From positions 1 to 64,000 of the IMG/VR virus record IMGVR_UViG_3300042895_000198: DNA of 64,000 nt; one strand, written 5' to 3'. Made by a program: the position numbers and the translations under genes. Source of the DNA: an uncultured virus (IMG/VR IMGVR_UViG_3300042895_000198) (lineage: Duplodnaviria; Heunggongvirae; Uroviricota; Caudoviricetes). This document shows, in pieces, positions 59,025-64,000 of the stretch. A model generated the notes under the pieces. It did no database searches, was not told where the DNA came from, and worked only from the letters and a program-made list of their open reading frames with translations. The number at the start of each line of letters is the position of its first letter. The first letter of the stretch is position 1.

Positions 59025-59288
59025 ATGAAACTAATAATTATTCCATTGAGCCTTCTATTGTTAGTTGGCTGCGCTAGTAAAGATTATGCAGTATATGTTG
59101 ATGCTCAAAAGTCTATGTCTAAAGACCTAACAATCAGCGAGACCGCAAGACTTGCCGCTTTGACAGATATGGCAAAGAATTCCGATCCAGCAGTTCGTGC
59201 TACTGGTATCATGTTACTGCAACAACTACAACAAGGTAGTAAAACTGTCACAGTTGAACCACCTAAGAAGAATTGGTTAGGCCTTTAA
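59025..59288 (+). CDS. Lipoprotein
   Basis: Lipobox LLVGC. Confidence 0.7.
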   Translation: MKLIIIPLSLLLLVGCASKDYAVYVDAQKSMSKDLTISETARLAALTDMAKNSDPAVRATGIMLLQQLQQGSKTVTVEPPKKNWLGL

Positions 59289-59297
59289 GGATACAAA

Positions 59298-59921
59298 ATG
59301 GAATTAACAGTACAACAATTAAAACAACTATTACCAAAGAATCCATATGTGGATCATTGGCACCATGCATTAGAACAGTTATTGCCTGACTATGAAATCA
59401 ATACACCAGAACGTATTGCAGCCTTCATTGCTCAATGTGCTCATGAATCTGGTGGTTTCACGGCACTCAAAGAGAATTTGAATTACAAAGCCGCATCTTT
59501 ACGTAAACTATTTCCAAAGTATTTCCCTGATGATGCAACAGCAAGCCACTATGCATCACTACCAAACAAACAAGAAGCAATTGCGAACCGCATCTATGCC
59601 AGTCGCATGGGTAATGGTGATGAGGCCTCTGGTGATGGTTATCGGTTCTGTGGTCGTGGTCTGATTCAATTGACCGGCCGTGATAACTATACATTTTTTG
59701 CAGGCAGCTTAGAAATTTCTGTAGAAGAAGCAACTGAGTATTTGGCCACATTTGAAGGTGCCGCTCAATCAGCATGCTGGTTCTGGGAAACAAACAAACT
59801 TAATCAATGGGCAGACAAAGGTGATATTGTTACATTGACTAAGAGAATCAATGGCGGTACTATTGGACTTGAAGACCGTATCAAACATTATGAACACGCA
59901 TTACATGTCTTAGGAGTTTAA
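59298..59921 (+). CDS. Endolysin, glycoside hydrolase family 19
   Basis: AAFIAQCAHESGGF, ENLNY, GRGLIQLTGRDNY, TKRINGG. Confidence 0.92.
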   Translation: MELTVQQLKQLLPKNPYVDHWHHALEQLLPDYEINTPERIAAFIAQCAHESGGFTALKENLNYKAASLRKLFPKYFPDDATASHYASLPNKQEAIANRIYASRMGNGDEASGDGYRFCGRGLIQLTGRDNYTFFAGSLEISVEEATEYLATFEGAAQSACWFWETNKLNQWADKGDIVTLTKRINGGTIGLEDRIKHYEHALHVLGV

Positions 59922-59922
59922 G

Positions 59923-60447
59923 ATGGCCAAAGAAGTTAAAGAAGTAAAGAAAAAAGACGAAGATTGGATGACCAAAAAGTGGCGTCCAATGATGGCGATG
60001 ATGTACATGGTATGCTGTCTTTTCGACTTTGCTTTATTTCCAATCATGTTCACAGTTGTTCAGTTCTGGGAAGTTCAGGCTGCTAATGATGCATTCAGAC
60101 AATGGGTTCCAATTACATTGCAAGGCGGTGGATTGTTTCACGTTGCAATGGGTGCCGTATTAGGTGTTTCAGCATATGGTCGTACACAAGAAAAGGTTGC
60201 AGGTGCAGCAAATGTTTCAACCGGTTTACCAACAGGCGGAGTTTCAACACCTACACTATCTTCAGCAGTACCAATGCAAACCAGTTTTAACGCACCAATG
60301 CAGTCAAATGCTTACGCACCATCATTTGGCACACCAACAGGTTTCAACGGAACTTCACAACAAGATTTCAATCAACAACCAATCTCAGTAACAGTAGGCT
60401 TTGGCGGTAAAATGGCGCCACCAGCTGCACCTCAACCATTACTCTAA
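59923..60447 (+). CDS. Putative holin
   Basis: WRPMMA TM segment, second TM GAVLGVSAYGRTQEK; next to the endolysin. Confidence 0.65.
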   Translation: MAKEVKEVKKKDEDWMTKKWRPMMAMMYMVCCLFDFALFPIMFTVVQFWEVQAANDAFRQWVPITLQGGGLFHVAMGAVLGVSAYGRTQEKVAGAANVSTGLPTGGVSTPTLSSAVPMQTSFNAPMQSNAYAPSFGTPTGFNGTSQQDFNQQPISVTVGFGGKMAPPAAPQPLL

Positions 60448-60456
60448 GGAACTATT

Positions 60457-60666
60457 ATGAAAAAAATTATATTTGTAGCAGGTTTATGTTTGGCATTATC
60501 AGGTCAGGCAATGGCTGAAGGTGAGACAAAGAAAGTTTGCGTTGACGTTAAAGACAAAGCAGGTAAGGTTGTCAATGACGCCAAAACAGGTAAACCAAAA
60601 CAGTCTTGCAAAGAAATGAAAGTCCATAAGAAGTTGGAAGGTACTAAAGTGCCTGAGAAGAAGTAA
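60457..60666 (+). CDS. Small secreted protein
   Basis: Signal peptide ending AMA; basic mature part with two Cys. Confidence 0.65.
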   Translation: MKKIIFVAGLCLALSGQAMAEGETKKVCVDVKDKAGKVVNDAKTGKPKQSCKEMKVHKKLEGTKVPEKK

Positions 60667-61100
60667 TGTCTGACCAAGAGCTTGTTGACTTAAAGGTAGA
60701 TGCTGGTGTTTTAAAGACCCAAGTATCGACAATAATCATCCTTTGTGATAAGATGGACAAAGTTATTGAAAAGTTAGCTAACGCTCAAGAAAAGATTGTC
60801 GAACAAATTTATACCGATATGAGAAAACGAGAAGATGAAAAGGACGCTGATGTGAAAGAATTACATTCACGAATTACCACAATCAGCCGTGAGTTATCTG
60901 ATAAGGTAGAATTAACTGAGCGTAGGATTATGGATGAAATCAAATGCCTACGCAACGACATTGCCGAACACAACAAGAAAGAAGATTCTGAACTGAAGAA
61001 GATTCTCGAATGGAAATGGATGGCTGCAGGTGGTATAGTGGCACTTGCGTGGTTGTTCTCACATGTTAACCTAGATATGCTCGGCAAATTAGTTAATTAA
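60666..61100 (+). CDS. Coiled-coil protein with C-terminal TM helix
   Basis: Heptad pattern, LEWKWMAAGGIVALAWLF. Confidence 0.65.
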   Translation: MSDQELVDLKVDAGVLKTQVSTIIILCDKMDKVIEKLANAQEKIVEQIYTDMRKREDEKDADVKELHSRITTISRELSDKVELTERRIMDEIKCLRNDIAEHNKKEDSELKKILEWKWMAAGGIVALAWLFSHVNLDMLGKLVN

Positions 61101-61102
61101 AC

Positions 61103-61131
61103 TTGACAAACACCTTCGAGTGTGTTATATT
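61103..61131 (+). promoter_or_regulatory. Sigma70-type promoter
   Basis: TTGACA-N17-TATATT with extended -10. Confidence 0.7.
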
Positions 61132-61139
61132 ATGAGTCT

Positions 61140-62171
61140 ATGTCAATATCTACAGATTCAAAATATATCAAACTGGTGTCTTCCCGCTTGCGTAACTTCA
61201 AGCAGAAAGATGCCTATCTATGGAACTTCTCTTGCCCTATTTGTGGTGACAGCCAAAAGAACAAATTAAAGGCAAGAGGGTATGTGTTCAAAAAAGGCAA
61301 TGATTTATTCTATCGTTGCCACAACTGTGGTTCTGGAGTAAATCTTGCCAACCTTCTCAAGCATGTCGATTCAGCCTTGCACAAAGAGTACGTTCTTGAA
61401 AGATACAAATCAGGAGAATCGGGAGCGACACGCCTTCTACCAGAAGCGATTTCAGTCCCATCTCCAAGATTTGGAAAAGTCGAGAGAGTTCGTACCTACG
61501 AAAAGGCAGAATATTGTGACCGCCTTCAAAGTGGACATTTTTGTTTAGAGTATCTCCAACGCAGGCAGATACCTGAGAAGTATTACAAATCGTTACTATT
61601 TACTAATAAGTACAGACAATTTGTAATTGAGGCATTTCCTACGAATGATAAAGATATTGTAGATGATGCTCGTCTGGTCATTCCCTTCTATGACCAATAC
61701 AATGAACTGATTGCTCTATCTGGTCGTGCATTAGAAAATTCTAGTGACAAACTACGATATGTGACAGTTAGAACCAATGATAGTACAGACAAACTTATCT
61801 ATGGTTTGGATAGAGTCGACCTAACCAAACCAGTTAAGATTGTAGAAGGTCCTATCGATTCCCTTTTCCTTAATAACTGTGTTGCCTCTGGTGATTCAAG
61901 TCTAGCTATTGCTGCTAAATTTGTTGATGCAGAACAAAAAATATTATTATTTGATAATGAACCTCGAAATAAAGAGATTGTGAAGTTAATGCAAGATGCA
62001 ATCAAATTAGGTCACAATGTTGTCATTTGGCCTAATACTATGAATGGCAAGGATATTAATGAGATGGTGATGAATGGCATTTCGGTGGATGAAATAGAAA
62101 GTATTATAAGTAGTAACACCTTCACAGGTCTTGAGGCGCAAGCCAAATTTACATTTTGGAAGAAAATATGA
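61140..62171 (+). CDS. gp61: DNA primase
   Basis: CPICGDS..CHNC zinc finger, VEGPIDSLF, FDNEPRN, KDINEM. Confidence 0.95.
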   Translation: MSISTDSKYIKLVSSRLRNFKQKDAYLWNFSCPICGDSQKNKLKARGYVFKKGNDLFYRCHNCGSGVNLANLLKHVDSALHKEYVLERYKSGESGATRLLPEAISVPSPRFGKVERVRTYEKAEYCDRLQSGHFCLEYLQRRQIPEKYYKSLLFTNKYRQFVIEAFPTNDKDIVDDARLVIPFYDQYNELIALSGRALENSSDKLRYVTVRTNDSTDKLIYGLDRVDLTKPVKIVEGPIDSLFLNNCVASGDSSLAIAAKFVDAEQKILLFDNEPRNKEIVKLMQDAIKLGHNVVIWPNTMNGKDINEMVMNGISVDEIESIISSNTFTGLEAQAKFTFWKKI

Positions 62172-62848
62172 AGATAGAATTGATTAGTTATTCTCAACGT
62201 CCAGCTGGAGTTGACCACGATGATACGTTAACAGATTTGGTAGCATACTGTGCAAGGGTCTCAAACCCAAGTAATCAGAACAATAAAGATACCGCTGAGA
62301 AGTTGATTCGCTATTTGGTCAATAACCAACATTGGTCGCCACTTGAGATGGTGAGTATGTGTTTAGAAATCGAAACTACACGGGATATTGCAAGGCAAAT
62401 GCTGAGACACAGGTCATTTTCATTCCAAGAATATAGTCAACGATATGCTGACCCTACAAAGGACTTGGAATTTGTAACAAGAGATGCTCGCAAACAAGAT
62501 AATAAAAATAGACAAAACAGCATAGACTTAGACATTCAAAATAACGATTCGGATAGGTTCCTACAATATCAATGGGAACGTATGCAAGAAAATGTTATTA
62601 AACAATCTCAAAATGCTTACGAATGGGCAATAGTAAAAGGTATTGCCAAAGAGCAGGCTCGTGCAGTATTACCAGAAGGCCTGACTGTTTCACGTTTGTA
62701 TATGAACGGAACTTTGCGTTCTTGGATTCACTATATACAACTCCGTTCCGCTAACGGCACACAAAAAGAACACATGGACATAGCACTCAAATGTGCAGAA
62801 GTAATTGCCAAAGTATTTCCGATGGCAAATGAGTATATCACAAAATAA
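62168..62848 (+). CDS. thyX: Flavin-dependent thymidylate synthase
   Basis: HWSPLE, RHRSFSFQEYSQRY, KEQAR, RSWIHY. Confidence 0.95.
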   Translation: MKIELISYSQRPAGVDHDDTLTDLVAYCARVSNPSNQNNKDTAEKLIRYLVNNQHWSPLEMVSMCLEIETTRDIARQMLRHRSFSFQEYSQRYADPTKDLEFVTRDARKQDNKNRQNSIDLDIQNNDSDRFLQYQWERMQENVIKQSQNAYEWAIVKGIAKEQARAVLPEGLTVSRLYMNGTLRSWIHYIQLRSANGTQKEHMDIALKCAEVIAKVFPMANEYITK

Positions 62849-62865
62849 TAATAATTGGAGTAATA

Positions 62866-64000
62866 ATGAATATCATTCATGGTATTAAGGTAGACTATTC
62901 TCGGGACAATTTGTTCGATGAATTGGGTCATAAAAGATTAAAAGAAAGCTACATGAAGGAGGATGAGGTATCACCACAAGAAAGGTTTGCTTATGTTTCA
63001 AAATCGTTTGGGTCTAACGAAGCACATGCACAACGTTTGTATGAGTATTCTAGTAAGCATTGGCTTTCCTATTCTACACCTGTGCTCAGTTTTGGGCGTT
63101 CTAAGCGTGGCTTGCCTATATCATGTTTCTTACCTTATCTACACGATAGTGCAGAAGGCCTTGTCGATTGTTTGGCGGAAGTAAATTGGCTCAGTATGCT
63201 GGGCGGAGGAGTTGGAATTGGAATTGGAATCAGGTCTACAGATGATAAAAGCGTTGGCGTTATGCCTCATCTTCGCACTTATGACGCTAGTAGTTTGGCA
63301 TACAGACAGGGGAGGACGAGGAGGGGGTCTTATGCTGCTTATCTTGATGTTTCTCATCCCGATATTCTTATCTTTTTAGAGATGCGTAAGCCGACTGGTG
63401 ATCCCAATATGCGATGTATGAACCTACATCATGGTATCAATATTACTGATGACTTCATGCAAATCGTTGAGAGGTGTATGCTAGATAAAGATGCTGATGA
63501 TTCATGGGAACTAAAAGACCCTAACAACAATGAGGTGCGTGAAGTTGTATCAGCCAAAGACCTTTGGCAACGTATCTTAGAAATGCGTATGCATACTGGT
63601 GAACCTTACTTACACTTCATTGATGCAAGTAATCGTGCCATGCCTGAGTTTCAAAAGAAACTAGGCCTAAGTATTAAACAATCGAATTTGTGTAGTGAAA
63701 TTATATTACCGACTGATAAAGACCGTACTGCTGTATGTTGCTTATCGTCACTAAATTTGGAGTATTATGATGATTGGAAATCTGACAAACTTTTTCTTCG
63801 GGACGTTGCTGAGATGCTTGATAACGTTCTCCAGTATTTCATTGATAATGCTCCTGACAGCATATCAAGAGCAAAATATTCAGCTAGCCGTGAACGCTCT
63901 ATTGGTATTGGCGCCCTCGGCTATCATGCTTATCTACAGAAGAATTCAATCCCGTGGGAATCAGCATTGGCAACAGGCCGAAACATTCAAATCTTCAAAT
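62866..64000 (+). CDS. nrdA: Ribonucleotide reductase class I alpha subunit (3'-truncated)
   Basis: MNIIHGIKVDYSRD...SPQERFA, STPVLS, LPISCFL, QGRTRRGSYA, QSNLCSEI; no ATP cone. Confidence 0.92.
   Translation, partial: MNIIHGIKVDYSRDNLFDELGHKRLKESYMKEDEVSPQERFAYVSKSFGSNEAHAQRLYEYSSKHWLSYSTPVLSFGRSKRGLPISCFLPYLHDSAEGLVDCLAEVNWLSMLGGGVGIGIGIRSTDDKSVGVMPHLRTYDASSLAYRQGRTRRGSYAAYLDVSHPDILIFLEMRKPTGDPNMRCMNLHHGINITDDFMQIVERCMLDKDADDSWELKDPNNNEVREVVSAKDLWQRILEMRMHTGEPYLHFIDASNRAMPEFQKKLGLSIKQSNLCSEIILPTDKDRTAVCCLSSLNLEYYDDWKSDKLFLRDVAEMLDNVLQYFIDNAPDSISRAKYSASRERSIGIGALGYHAYLQKNSIPWESALATGRNIQIFK

Noticed and set aside
63205..63232. GGAATT tandem repeat
   Set aside because: It encodes the GGGVGIGIGI segment of NrdA.
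1..64000. Numerous minus-strand and shifted-frame ORFs in the track (e.g. 2328-2708, 50471-50983)
   Set aside because: They lie within well-supported + strand genes and show no recognisable motifs, so they are shadow ORFs.
1..64000. CRISPR arrays, rRNA, IS elements, integrase
   Set aside because: No repeat-spacer periodicity or corresponding motifs were seen.

Overview
This window is a 64-kb segment of a large, AT-rich T4-like (Tevenvirinae/Kyanoviridae-type) myovirus genome, with every credible gene on the + strand. The spanin/holin/GH19 lysis cassette implies a Gram-negative host. Gene order: 3' end of terminase gp17; tail and head module (gp18-19-20-67-68-21-22-23-3); uvsY-uvsW; an inserted six-gene NDP-sugar cluster; gp55-47-46; peptide deformylase; a DUF4338/DruA-like gene followed by a tRNA-Gly-like small RNA; a VWA/MoxR (CobT/CobS-like) pair; replication module (gp45-44-62-regA, hsp20, gp43, uvsX, gp41); a second DUF4338/DruA-like paralog; a late region of probable capsid-packaged proteins with a second glycosylation cluster; lysis genes; primase, thyX and the start of nrdA. 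The most interesting signals are: (1) a 63-nt D-arm-reduced tRNA-Gly-like RNA with its own consensus promoter directly after a DUF4338/DruA (putatively Mom/GNAT-like) gene, a candidate dedicated glycyl-donor modification system; (2) enzymes carrying T4 internal-protein-like capsid-targeting N-termini (a ligase-like protein and a nucleotidyltransferase-kinase fusion); (3) a branched-chain deoxysugar pathway; (4) pseudoknot-rich leaders and other regulatory structures; (5) an overprinted gene. All family calls come from motif recognition by eye, with no database searches.
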